A stretch of DNA of 45,891 nucleotides from Betaproteobacteria bacterium. GTDB lineage: Bacteria; Pseudomonadota; Gammaproteobacteria; Burkholderiales; SG8-39. The stretch covers positions 1-45,891 of the forward strand of contig JAOTWE010000002.1 of the NCBI GenBank assembly GCA_029863065.1, written 5' to 3'. Every line of letters begins with the position of its first letter. The first letter of the stretch is position 1. The position numbers were made by a program, and so were the translations under genes. The notes beneath the pieces are model-generated. The model ran no database searches, was not told where the DNA came from, and saw nothing but the letters and a program-made list of their open reading frames with translations. Shown here one piece after another: positions 1-8,951 of this stretch.

Positions 1-3000
1 CTGCGCGTCGGTAAGACCGCCGCGCACCTGGTCGCGCCCCGCTGTGCTGACGAACCGTAGCTCGGCGTCCTGCTCCCAGTACCAGTCCGAGGAAAGCTGG
101 GTCAGGCCGCGGAAACGCTCCTCGCTTTCGCGCAGCGCGTCCTCCGCCTCCAGGCGTTTACGAATGTCGCGCGAAATAGCGACGATCAGCGCGCCGGTCT
201 CCAAATGCAACACACGGCGCGTCGACTCGAAGGGGATGGTGGAGCCGTCCTTGCAGCGGTAGACGCTGTTCATGCCATGGATCGTGCTCGGATCCGCGAC
301 GAACCCTTCGTAGGTCTGTTGCAGCTCTTCGCGCGAAGTCGGCAGCAGGTCGTGCGGCCCCATGGCGAGCATCTCCTCGCGCGTGTATCCCAGCGTGCGG
401 CACGCCGTCTCGTTGACGTCCACGTAGCGCATCGTCTTGTAGTCGACCAGCAGGATCATGTCGCCCGAGGCTTCCATGCCGGCGCGGAACCGGCGCAGCT
501 CATCCTCACTCCGCTTGCGCTCCAGGAACTGACCGATCCGGTTGCCGATCTCGCCGGCCGCCACCAGCAGGTGCTCGTCGGGCCGGCGGATTGTACGGCT
601 GGCGAAGGTGAGCACGCCGAGCGCCCTGCCCGCCGCCTTCACCGGGAACATGAACGTCCCGCGCATCGGCGTACGCCAGAGCGCATGCTTCGCCGTGCGG
701 GGGTCATTGCTCGCATCGGCAACCCATATCGGTTCGCCGGACTGCCAGACGCGGCCGGCGATGCCCTGTCCCGGCAGGAATACGACTTCGCGCAGGCCGG
801 GCTCCAGGCTCTCGGCGCCGCTGCCCTCCATGCTCCAGAGCGCAGCGAAGCGCATGACGCCGGCGTCCTCGTCTACGCGCCAGAAACGTCCGTGGTCCCA
901 CTCGCTCAGCTCGCAAATCGCGCGGATTACGGCCTGCACACCGGCGAGCGAACTGTCGGCCGCGGCCAGGTGCCGGTTGACCGCATGCTCGAGCTCGAGC
1001 GCGAGAAGCGCAGACTTGCGCACCGTGATGTCGGTGCCCACGCCGCGGTAGCCCTTGAAGGTCCCCTGGTCGTCGAACACCGGCTCGCCGCTGATCGAAA
1101 AGTGGCGCGCGCCGCCGTCCGGCACGGGTCGGCTCAGCTCGAAGTCCTGGAATGGCAGATGCGCGTCGAGCACCGCCTTGTGCGCCATCCAGACCTGCAT
1201 GTCGGGGGCGACGAACGGCAGCTCCCAGCGCCGCTTGCCGATCACCTGCGTGACGGGCACCGTCGATTCTGTGCCAGCGCGAACGCCTTCGCTGCGAACG
1301 GTTATCCGATGCTCGGCATCGGTCTCCCAGTGGAAGTCCGACGACAGGGCAACCAGGTTTCGGAAACGCGCCTCGCTTTCCCGCAGCGCCAATTCGCCGC
1401 GCTTGCGCTCGGAAATGTCCGTTGCCGTGCCGCGATAGCCCTCGAAAGCGCCGTCGGCGCCAAACACCGGCTCGCCGCTCGCCATCACGTAGCGTCGGCT
1501 GCCATCCTCCGCGACGCGCACGTATTCGAAGCCGCGGAACGGCCTGCGCGCCTCAAGCACCGCCCGGTGCTCGTCCCAGCTGCAGCTGAGCGGCGTCAGG
1601 CGCGGGATCTCCCAGCGGCGCAGGCCGATGGTCTGGGTCTGGTCCGCGCGCCACTTCGCGTCGCTCTGCCCGCCTACAAAGCTGGTGAAGCGCAGTTCCG
1701 CATCCTGATCCCAGAACCAGTCCGTGGAGAGCTTGGTAAGGCTGCGAAAGCGCTCCTCGCTGTCACGCAGCGCGCTCTGCACCGCGGCGCGCTCCCGCTC
1801 GCGATCGGCGTTGTCGAGAGCGAAAGAGATGTTCTGCGCCATGCGCTCGGCCAGACCGACCAGCTCCAGATCGAACCAGCCGGTTTCGGCGGCGTACAAG
1901 GTGATCAGCCCGACGACCTCCCCGTTTCGACACAGCGGCACGCTTGTCACGGCGGCGATGCCCGCCTCGCGCGCCGCAGCGTGCCAATGCGCCAGCGCGG
2001 GATCGGCAAGATAGTCGTTGCTGACGGTCGTGCACTTTTCGCGCGCCGCCGTCGCGGCCGGGCCGCGCGACTCCGGCCGCTCGGGGTCGACCGATACGCG
2101 CGCGTTCTCCAGATACGCCGCCGAGCCGCCGGCATGGGCCGCCACCTCGAGCCACCCGGTGGCCCGGTCCACGAGCCGCACCGCGGCGAGCTTGAGACCT
2201 CCGTGCTCCACGAGCAACTCGCAAATGCCCCGGAAAAGCGCCTGTTCGTCCTTAATCTTGAAGATCGCCTCGTTGGCGCTGCTCAGCGCGGAGTACATGC
2301 GGCGCAGGCGCTCCGCGGCGAGCTCGGCGTGCTTGCGTGAAGTGATATCCCGGGTAATCCCCAGCAGCAGATTCCTGCCTCTCGCCTCGTCGCGCAGCGG
2401 CACGGCATGGGTTTCCACCCAGCGGCGCGCGCCTTTCAGGCCGACGATCTCGAATTCCAGGCTGGCGCGCTCGCCCCGGCATACGCGATCCGTGAGATCC
2501 TTGAAGCGCTGCCGATACGCGGGCACAATCAACGCGTAAACGCATTGCCCGGCAACCACGTCGAGGCTTTCGGCCTCGATCATGGCGAGCCCCGCAGGAT
2601 TCATCTCCAGCAGCCTGCCCTCGGCGTCGAGCAGCTTCACGCATTCCGGCTCGGCGCCGACGATGGCGCGCAGGCGCGCCTCGCTGTCGCGCAGCCGCTC
2701 CTCTGCCCGCACGGCGTCGGTTACGTCCTCGAACGCGGCGATGTCGTACATAGGGCGACCCTGCGCGTCGCGCTCGAGCGAAACCGTCAGCTGCACCCAA
2801 ATCGTCGCACCATCCTTGCGCAGATAGCGCTTGCGAGTGGTGAATTGCGGAATCACCCCGGCGCGCAGCTGTTCGCCCAGCTCCGCGGTGGAGTCGATCT
2901 CCTCGCGGTGCGAGAGCTCGCGCACCGCGCGCCCGATGAGTTCCCCCGGCGCATAGCCCAGCATGGCGCAGAGGCGCTGGTTCGCGAGCTGGAAACGCCC

Positions 3001-3861
3001 TTCGAGATCCACGTGTGCCAGGCCGACGGGCGAATTTTCGAAGGTGGCGGCGAAGCGCTCGCGGTGCTCCTCTTCCTGCGTGACGTCGCGGTAGCTGCAG
3101 ACGATGGCGGCGACCTCGGCGTCGCCGAGGCGATTGGCGAGCGAGCTTTCCAGCACGCGCAGCTCCCCGCCCTTGTGCCGGAAGCGCGCGCGCAGCGTGG
3201 CAAACGCCCCGGGTTGCGCGCTCAGCCCGACGAACGCCTTCCGCGCCGCCTGGCGGTCCTCGGACCGCACGAAGCTCAGGCCCGAGCAGCCCAGGATCTC
3301 GGCCGAGTTGTAGCCGAGAACGCGGCGCATCGCGGCGCTCGCGTACTGAATGCGCCCCTTCGCGTCGAGCAGCACCAACGCCTCCGAACTGGACTCGAGC
3401 AGCGCGCGATAGCGTGATTCCGTGGCGCCCTGCTCGCGACCGGCCTCGCGGTGCAGCGAGGCGAGCCGCAGCACGCGCCGCAGCGTCGCGGCATCGAGCT
3501 CGTCCTTCGGGATCACATCATAGGCACGGCGCTTGAGCGCCTCGTCCACCAGCGATGCGTGGCCGTTGCCCGAGATCACGATCACCGGGCCGCTTGCCGC
3601 GGCGCGCATGCGCTCGAGCGTATACAGGCCTTGGCTATCGGGCAGATCGAGATCGAGCAGCGTGATCTGCACGTCCAGCGACTGCACCAGTTCTAGGCCT
3701 TCGGCAAGGGTGTGCGCGTGCACGATCTGGGCGCCGCCGAGCCGCGCCTGCGCCAAGTGCGCCAGCAGCAACTCGGCGTCGTTCGCATCATCCTCCACCA
3801 TCAGAATGCGAAGCGGCGCCGAGCGTGGCCCGTCGGCCTTGAGCGCTGCGCTGGTGCTCAT
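1..3861 (-). CDS. Multidomain sensory protein, 3' end outside window: REC, then three PAS, GAF, two PAS, GAF, PAS and a partial PAS. Output domain not visible.
   Basis: Absent from the ORF track because there is no stop inside the window. Manual reverse-complement translation from ATG 3859-3861 (ATGA overlap with the stop of 3858..6326) stays open to position 1 (1287 codons). It starts MSTSAALKADGPRSAPLRILMVEDDANDAELL...ITLLDLDLPD (receiver). PAS-like starts follow (SRYRALLESSSEALVLLD, ERFAATFENSPVGLAHVD, SEARLRAIVGAEPECVKLLD), GAF-like blocks (GIAGRVWQSGEPIWVADA) and three SE(E/A)RFR..LS.DW.W.QDAELRF modules. Confidence 0.85.
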   Translation of the reverse strand, partial: MSTSAALKADGPRSAPLRILMVEDDANDAELLLAHLAQARLGGAQIVHAHTLAEGLELVQSLDVQITLLDLDLPDSQGLYTLERMRAAASGPVIVISGNGHASLVDEALKRRAYDVIPKDELDAATLRRVLRLASLHREAGREQGATESRYRALLESSSEALVLLDAKGRIQYASAAMRRVLGYNSAEILGCSGLSFVRSEDRQAARKAFVGLSAQPGAFATLRARFRHKGGELRVLESSLANRLGDAEVAAIVCSYRDVTQEEEHRERFAATFENSPVGLAHVDLEGRFQLANQRLCAMLGYAPGELIGRAVRELSHREEIDSTAELGEQLRAGVIPQFTTRKRYLRKDGATIWVQLTVSLERDAQGRPMYDIAAFEDVTDAVRAEERLRDSEARLRAIVGAEPECVKLLDAEGRLLEMNPAGLAMIEAESLDVVAGQCVYALIVPAYRQRFKDLTDRVCRGERASLEFEIVGLKGARRWVETHAVPLRDEARGRNLLLGITRDITSRKHAELAAERLRRMYSALSSANEAIFKIKDEQALFRGICELLVEHGGLKLAAVRLVDRATGWLEVAAHAGGSAAYLENARVSVDPERPESRGPAATAAREKCTTVSNDYLADPALAHWHAAAREAGIAAVTSVPLCRNGEVVGLITLYAAETGWFDLELVGLAERMAQNISFALDNADRERERAAVQSALRDSEERFRSLTKLSTDWFWDQDAELRFTSFVGGQSDAKWRADQTQTIGLRRWEIPRLTPLSCSWDEHRAVLEARRPFRGFEYVRVAEDGSRRYVMASGEPVFGADGAFEGYRGTATDISERKRGELALRESEARFRNLVALSSDFHWETDAEHRITVRSEGVRAGTESTVPVTQVIGKRRWELPFVAPDMQVWMAHKAVLDAHLPFQDFELSRPVPDGGARHFSISGEPVFDDQGTFKGYRGVGTDITVRKSALLALELEHAVNRHLAAADSSLAGVQAVIRAICELSEWDHGRFWRVDEDAGVMRFAALWSMEGSGAESLEPGLREVVFLPGQGIAGRVWQSGEPIWVADASNDPRTAKHALWRTPMRGTFMFPVKAAGRALGVLTFASRTIRRPDEHLLVAAGEIGNRIGQFLERKRSEDELRRFRAGMEASGDMILLVDYKTMRYVDVNETACRTLGYTREEMLAMGPHDLLPTSREELQQTYEGFVADPSTIHGMNSVYRCKDGSTIPFESTRRVLHLETGALIVAISRDIRKRLEAEDALRESEERFRGLTQLSSDWYWEQDAELRFVSTAGRDQVRGGLTDAQ
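61..137 (-). repeat. Intragenic paralogous repeat encoding a PAS-module start (ESEERFRGLTQLSSDWYWEQDAE). Near-copy of 5859..5935.
   Basis: By-eye alignment of 61-137 with 5859-5935 gives about 9 mismatches in 77 nt. More diverged copies lie at about 1324-1390 and 1693-1771. Confidence 0.7.
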
Positions 3862-6326
3862 GCGGCGATCGACGCCGGCGCAAGCCAGCGAGCGTTCTGC
3901 TCCGCGCTGCAGGGCCGGCCGTAGTGATAGCCCTGCGCCTGGTCGCAGGCGTGGCGGCGCAGGAAAGCGACCTGCCGCTCGGTCTCGACGCCTTCGGCCA
4001 CCACGGTGAAGCGCAGGTTGTGCGCCATGTCGATGACCGCGCGCACGATCGAGGCGGCCTGAGCATTGGTGGCGGCATCGCGCACGAAACTGCGATCGAT
4101 CTTGAGCGCGGTGAGGGGCAGGCGCGTAAGGTAGGACAGGCTCGAGTGGCCGGTACCGAAGTCGTCGACGGAGATCCGCACGCCCGCGTCGCGCAGCCGG
4201 TTGAGCAGGCGCACCGCCTGGTCCGGATCCTCCATCAGGCAGCTCTCGGTAATCTCCAGCTCGAGCAGCGCCGGCGCCACGCCGGCGGCGGCGAGTGCGC
4301 CCGAGACCAGTTTGTCGAGATCATGCCGGCGAAACTGCTTCGCCGACAGATTCACCGCGACGGGCACTGGCACGAGACCGGCGCGTTGCCAGCGCCCGAT
4401 CTGCGCGCAGGCCTCCTTCAGGACCCACTCGCCCACCGGCGCGATGAGGCCCGATTCCTCGAGCGCGGCGACGAATTGACCTGGCGGCACGAGGCCGCGC
4501 GTCGGATGGTTCCAGCGCAGCAAGGCCTCGAACCCGGTCAGTGCGCCGCTCGCCAGCTCCACCTTGGGCTGGTAATGCAATACGAATTCGCTGCGTTCGA
4601 TGGCGTGCCGCAGGTCGTTGTTGAGCTGCATCCTTTCCGCGGAGCGCAGGTTCATCTCGGCAGTGAAGAAGCAGAAGGTGTTGCGCGTGGACTCCTTGGC
4701 CCGGTACATCGCCATATCGGCGTTGCGCAGCAGGTCCTCGGCGTCATCGCCGTCGCCCGGGAACGTGGCAATGCCGATGCTCGCGGTGGCGAAGGCTTCG
4801 CTGCCGGCGAGGTGATAGGGCTCGGCGAGCGTTTCCAGCACCTTCTGCGCCACCATCGCGGCGTCGTCCGCATGCGCGAGATCGGCCAGCACCACGGCGA
4901 ACTCGTCGCCGCTGATGCGGCCCACGGTGTCGCCGGGCCGCACGCAGCGCGTCAGGCGTCGCGCCACTTTGGCAATCAGCAGGTCGCCGGCGTAGTGACC
5001 GAGCGTGTCGTTCACTAGCTTGAAACGGTCCAGGTCCACGAACAGCACGCCGACCCTGCGGTCGTGGCGCCGCGCCTGGGTGAGCGACTGCGCCAGCCGG
5101 TCGTGCAGCAGCAGTCGGTTGGGCAGCCCGGTCAGCGTGTCGAACTGCGCCAGCTGCGCCAGGCGCTGCTCCGAGAGCTTCCTTTCGGTGACGTCGGACA
5201 CGAATCCCTCGAGCGCCACCACCTCGCCGCGCGCGCCTGGCACGCCCACGCCGCGCTCCCAGATCCACTTCTCGGCACCCTCGGCCGTGCGAATGCGGTA
5301 TTCCATGACGTAGGGCAGATTCCGGCGCAGCGCCTCCTGGGTCGAGAGCCAGCAGCGCTCGCGGTCTTCCTCGTGCACCAGGCTGCCGTAGGACACGCGG
5401 CCGCTGGTGAAGTCGTCGGGGGCGTACCCGGTGAGCACGCGGGTGCCCTCGCTCACGAACTCCATGGTCCAGTGCTCGTCGTTGCGGCAGCGGTAGGCCG
5501 CGCCGGGCAGGCTGGCAATGAGGGTGGAGAGCCGGCGCTCGCTTTCGCGCAAGTCGAGCATCGCCTGGTGACTCGCGGTGACATCGCGCGCGATCCCGCG
5601 ATAGCCGCGGAACACGCCGTCGTCGCCGAAAATGGGTTCGCCCGATACGCTCACGTAGGACGCGCGGCGCTCGTCCACCGCGCGCTTGATAATGAAGTCG
5701 CGGAACGGCTGGCGCGCAGCGAGCACCGCTTGGTGTGCCGCCCAGTCGCCCTCGAGCGGCTCGGTGCCGGGCAGCTCCCAGCGCCGCAGCCCGACGTGCT
5801 GCTCGGGCGTGATGCCGCCGCGCGCCTCGGCATCGCCGCCGGTATGCGCGAAACGCAGTTCGGCGTCCTGCTCCCAATACCAATCCGAGGACAGCTGCGT
5901 CAGCCTGCGGAAATGCTCTTCGCTTTCGCGCAGCGTTTTCGGCGCCGGAGCACCGGCGACGACCCTTTTGGTCACGACGCCCGCGCGCGCCAGCGCCTGG
6001 GGCAGTTCATCGGCAAAGGCTTCCTTCGACACCACCGCGTCGATGCCGGCGCGCTCGGCTTCGGCGAGCAGTTCCGGGGTGGGAAAGAGCGCGAGGGCGA
6101 TGACGCGGAGCAACGGATTGCTGCGCTTGAGACGGCGCGCCAGGTCCAGCCCCGCGAGCCCCAGGTCGACGAGCACGACATCGCCAGCGGCGTGTACGTA
6201 ACCCGGCAGGCTCTCGATGAAGCGCATGGCGGCGCCGGCGAAGCCGGGGTTGCCGTCGAGGACGATGATGCGGGCGGGCGAGGCGCTCGGTGCCATGGCG
6301 AGCACTGTAGGTGCCCGCCGCGGCAC
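3858..6326 (-). CDS. Atypical receiver-like domain, two PAS domains, GGDEF (SGDEF variant) and EAL: c-di-GMP turnover protein.
   Basis: 822-aa ORF. Motifs: DTLTGLPNR, RPGD I-site five residues before GRISGDEF, FEALLRW, ELEITES, DDFGTGHSSLSYL, AEGVETE, QGYHYGRP. Start could be GTG 6326 or ATG 6296. Confidence 0.9.
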   Translation of the reverse strand: MPRRAPTVLAMAPSASPARIIVLDGNPGFAGAAMRFIESLPGYVHAAGDVVLVDLGLAGLDLARRLKRSNPLLRVIALALFPTPELLAEAERAGIDAVVSKEAFADELPQALARAGVVTKRVVAGAPAPKTLRESEEHFRRLTQLSSDWYWEQDAELRFAHTGGDAEARGGITPEQHVGLRRWELPGTEPLEGDWAAHQAVLAARQPFRDFIIKRAVDERRASYVSVSGEPIFGDDGVFRGYRGIARDVTASHQAMLDLRESERRLSTLIASLPGAAYRCRNDEHWTMEFVSEGTRVLTGYAPDDFTSGRVSYGSLVHEEDRERCWLSTQEALRRNLPYVMEYRIRTAEGAEKWIWERGVGVPGARGEVVALEGFVSDVTERKLSEQRLAQLAQFDTLTGLPNRLLLHDRLAQSLTQARRHDRRVGVLFVDLDRFKLVNDTLGHYAGDLLIAKVARRLTRCVRPGDTVGRISGDEFAVVLADLAHADDAAMVAQKVLETLAEPYHLAGSEAFATASIGIATFPGDGDDAEDLLRNADMAMYRAKESTRNTFCFFTAEMNLRSAERMQLNNDLRHAIERSEFVLHYQPKVELASGALTGFEALLRWNHPTRGLVPPGQFVAALEESGLIAPVGEWVLKEACAQIGRWQRAGLVPVPVAVNLSAKQFRRHDLDKLVSGALAAAGVAPALLELEITESCLMEDPDQAVRLLNRLRDAGVRISVDDFGTGHSSLSYLTRLPLTALKIDRSFVRDAATNAQAASIVRAVIDMAHNLRFTVVAEGVETERQVAFLRRHACDQAQGYHYGRPCSAEQNARWLAPASIAA
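5859..5935 (-). repeat. Paralogous PAS-start repeat, partner of 61..137.
   Basis: Encodes RESEEHFRRLTQLSSDWYWEQDAE. Roughly 88% nucleotide identity to 61-137 by eye. Confidence 0.7.
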
Positions 6327-6394
6327 CAGTTATCGGGCACTTCCCTAAGAGGTGTAAGGAAATCCCCGAGTGAGGCTTAACTATTTGTAAGCTT

Positions 6395-7045
6395 TCACGT
6401 TTCCGGCGGCACCAAGCCCGATCGCATGGCGTAGCGCACGAGCCCGGCGACGTCGCGAATGCCCAGGCGCTCCATGATCTGCGCGCGGTGGGTCTCCACC
6501 GTCTTCACCGACAGGTTCAGGTCAAACGCGATTTCCTTCGTGCTGCGGCCTTCGGCGATGCGCTTGAGGACGTCGCGCTGGCGCGGGGTCAGCGGGTCGG
6601 GTCCGACGCCCACGCCGACGCGTTGCACGTAGCCATCGACCACCTGCCGCGAAATCGCCGGGCTGAGGTACGTGTCGCCGCGCATCACGCATTTGAGGGC
6701 GAGCTCCAGTTCGGAGGTGGCGGAGTCCTTGATCAAATAGGCCGCCGCCCCGGCGCGCAGGGCGAGCAGCACGTACTCCTCGCTGGTATGCATCGAGAGG
6801 ATGATGATCTTCGCTTCCGGCTGGCGCTCGCGCAGGCGCGCCGCCGCCTCCAGTCCGTTCATGCCCTTCATGGCGATGTCCATCAGCACCACGTCGGGGC
6901 GCTCACGCTCCGCGGCCGCCAGCGCCTCGGCGCCGTCGCTCGCCTCGGCCACCACGTCGACGTCGGCGATGTCCTGCAGCAGCGAGCGCATGCCCGCGCG
7001 TACCAGGGCGTGATCGTCGACCAGCAGGATGCGCAGCGCCGCCAC
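6395..7045 (-). CDS. NarL/FixJ-family response regulator (REC plus LuxR-type HTH).
   Basis: RILLVDDHALVRAG..VVLMDIAMKGMNG..; C-terminal LTPRQRDVLKRIAEGRSTKEIAFDLNLSVKTVETHR. GTG start directly abuts the upstream stop (TGAGTG). Confidence 0.92.
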   Translation of the reverse strand: MAALRILLVDDHALVRAGMRSLLQDIADVDVVAEASDGAEALAAAERERPDVVLMDIAMKGMNGLEAAARLRERQPEAKIIILSMHTSEEYVLLALRAGAAAYLIKDSATSELELALKCVMRGDTYLSPAISRQVVDGYVQRVGVGVGPDPLTPRQRDVLKRIAEGRSTKEIAFDLNLSVKTVETHRAQIMERLGIRDVAGLVRYAMRSGLVPPET

Positions 7046-8503
7046 TCAGGCCGCCCCCACCGGAAACGAGGCCACGATCACCGTGCCCTGACCGGGCGCG
7101 GAATGGATCTGCAACGTCCCGCCCGCCAGCGCCACGCGCTCTTCCATGCTGACCACGCCGAGGCTCTCGCCCGCCGCCGCCCGGCGCTGCGCCGAAGTGA
7201 CGTCGAAACCGGCGCCATCGTCGCGCACTGACAGCGCGAGCCGCTCGCCGGCAAGGAACAGGCGCAACCAGACGTTCGCCGCCTTCGAGTGGCGCACGAT
7301 ATTGTTGATGGCCTCCTGCGCGACGCGGAAGCAGGCGGTTTCGATGTCCGCCGACAGCTTTACCGGCACTTCCTGGATCTCGAAGTGCGGCGCCAGACCG
7401 CCAAGCTTGGCCTGCCGGTCGAGGTGCGAGCGCAGTGCGGCAGCCAGGCCCAGGTCATCGAGCTGCAGCGGCCGCAGGTTGACCGACAGCTGGCGAACGC
7501 GCTCGATCGTGTGGCGGGTGGTCTCCAGCGCCTCGCCGACGCGCGTCGCGAGCGCGGCGCCGTCGCGACCGCGCGCCAGCGCCTCCAGGTTGAGCTTCAG
7601 CGCCGTGAGTCCCTGGCCAATGTCGTCGTGCAGCTCGCGCGCCAAGTGCCGGCGCTCGGCTTCCTGCACTTCGAGCAGGCGCCGCGACAGTCCCTGCAGG
7701 CGCTCGCGCGCGGCGCCGAGCGCGTCCATGGCGCGCTTCAGCTCGGTGACGTCGCGGCCCACCGACTGGATCTCGGCGAGCACGCCGTCGTCAGCGAAAA
7801 TGCCGCGGGCCGCCCAATGCGTCCAGCGCGGGGCGCCGCTCGCGTCCCTCACCTGCGTGTCGTGCTCATACGTCGGGGTGGCACGCGCGACTCCGGCGAC
7901 GTAGACCTGCAATCGGGCGCGCTCCTCCGGCAGGACGTGCTCGAGAAGCCTCCTGCCAAGCAGCTCCTCCGGCGTGCAGCCGTAATAGCGGCAGTAGGCG
8001 CCATTGACGAATGTTACCGTCAAGTCCGGCAGCATGCGGACGATGAGCTCGGACTGGTCTTCGACGATGGCGCGATAGCGCCGCTCGGAGAGCTCGAGCG
8101 CGCGCTGCGTCGCCAAATGCTTGCGGCGCTGCCCGCTCTCCTCGACCGCCCGCGCCACCGCCGGCCCAAGGCGATTGAGGTTGCCCTTGAGCACGAAATC
8201 GGTGGCGCCGATGCGCAGCGCTTCGACCGCGCGCTCCTCGCCGAGTGCGCCCGATACCAGGATGAAGGGCAGCAGGGCATCGCTGCCGCGCACCCGGGCC
8301 AGGGCGTCGAGCCCGGTGTAGTCGGGCAGGCTGTAATCGGCGAGCACGATGTCGTAGCGATCCGGCGCGAACAGGCGCTCGAATTCCGCGCGCCCGGGAG
8401 CCGTGTCGGCGGCGCAATCGAGCCCCGCGGCGGCGAGCGCAGCCAGCGCCAGCTCGGCGTCCGCCGGCGAGTCCTCGAGCAGCAGCACGCGCAGGCGCGC
8501 CAT
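7046..8503 (-). CDS. Hybrid sensor kinase: N-terminal REC, PAS, HisKA_3 (NarX/DegS type), HATPase_c.
   Basis: RVLLLEDSPADAEL..VLADYSLPD (receiver); ERRYRAIVEDQSELIVR (PAS); EAERRHLARELHDDIGQ (H-box of HisKA_3); QEAINNIVRHS..VRDDGAGF..GESLGVVSMEERV. Confidence 0.9.
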   Translation of the reverse strand: MARLRVLLLEDSPADAELALAALAAAGLDCAADTAPGRAEFERLFAPDRYDIVLADYSLPDYTGLDALARVRGSDALLPFILVSGALGEERAVEALRIGATDFVLKGNLNRLGPAVARAVEESGQRRKHLATQRALELSERRYRAIVEDQSELIVRMLPDLTVTFVNGAYCRYYGCTPEELLGRRLLEHVLPEERARLQVYVAGVARATPTYEHDTQVRDASGAPRWTHWAARGIFADDGVLAEIQSVGRDVTELKRAMDALGAARERLQGLSRRLLEVQEAERRHLARELHDDIGQGLTALKLNLEALARGRDGAALATRVGEALETTRHTIERVRQLSVNLRPLQLDDLGLAAALRSHLDRQAKLGGLAPHFEIQEVPVKLSADIETACFRVAQEAINNIVRHSKAANVWLRLFLAGERLALSVRDDGAGFDVTSAQRRAAAGESLGVVSMEERVALAGGTLQIHSAPGQGTVIVASFPVGAA

Positions 8504-8507
8504 GCGC

Positions 8508-8951
8508 TCAGTTGCGCACCGCCGGCGGCGGCTCGTTGATCAGCATCCAGAACAGCCCGAGGTCGCGCACGGCGCGCAGGAACTTGTCGAACTCGACCGG
8601 CTTCACCACGTAGGCGTTGACCCCCAGCTCGTAGCTGCGCACCAGATCCTGCTCCTCGCGCGACGACGTCAGGACGACCACCGGAATGATACGCAGCCGC
8701 GGGTCCGATTTCACCGTGCGCAGCACTTCCAGCCCGTCTACCTTGGGCATCTTCAGGTCGAGGAGCAGCAGCACCGGGTCGCCGTCTTCCCGGCGGGCGT
8801 ACTTGCCGCGCTTGTAGAGGTAGTCGAGCGCCTCGGCGCCGTCGCGCGCTACCGCCACGGAGTTGGTGATGTTGTGCTCGGCGAGCGCGTTCAGCGTCAG
8901 CTCGACGTCCTGCACGCTGTCCTCAGCCAGCAATATGCGCGCTGCCCTCAT
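8508..8951 (-). CDS. Single-domain CheY/Rcp1-like response regulator.
   Basis: 147 aa: RILLAEDSVQDVEL...LLLLDLKMPKVDGLEVL...VVVLTSSREEQD..GVNAYVVKP. The start lies 29 nt inside the 3' end of the upstream kinase gene. Confidence 0.9.
   Translation of the reverse strand: MRAARILLAEDSVQDVELTLNALAEHNITNSVAVARDGAEALDYLYKRGKYARREDGDPVLLLLDLKMPKVDGLEVLRTVKSDPRLRIIPVVVLTSSREEQDLVRSYELGVNAYVVKPVEFDKFLRAVRDLGLFWMLINEPPPAVRN

Noticed and set aside
205-3417. Long plus-strand ORFs (205..2340, 711 aa; 2407..3417, 336 aa) covering the left end.
   Set aside because: Their Arg/Ala/His/Leu-rich composition has no recognisable motifs. The opposite strand translates into a continuous REC/PAS/GAF protein with clear domain signatures. 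These are antisense shadow ORFs typical of high-G+C DNA.
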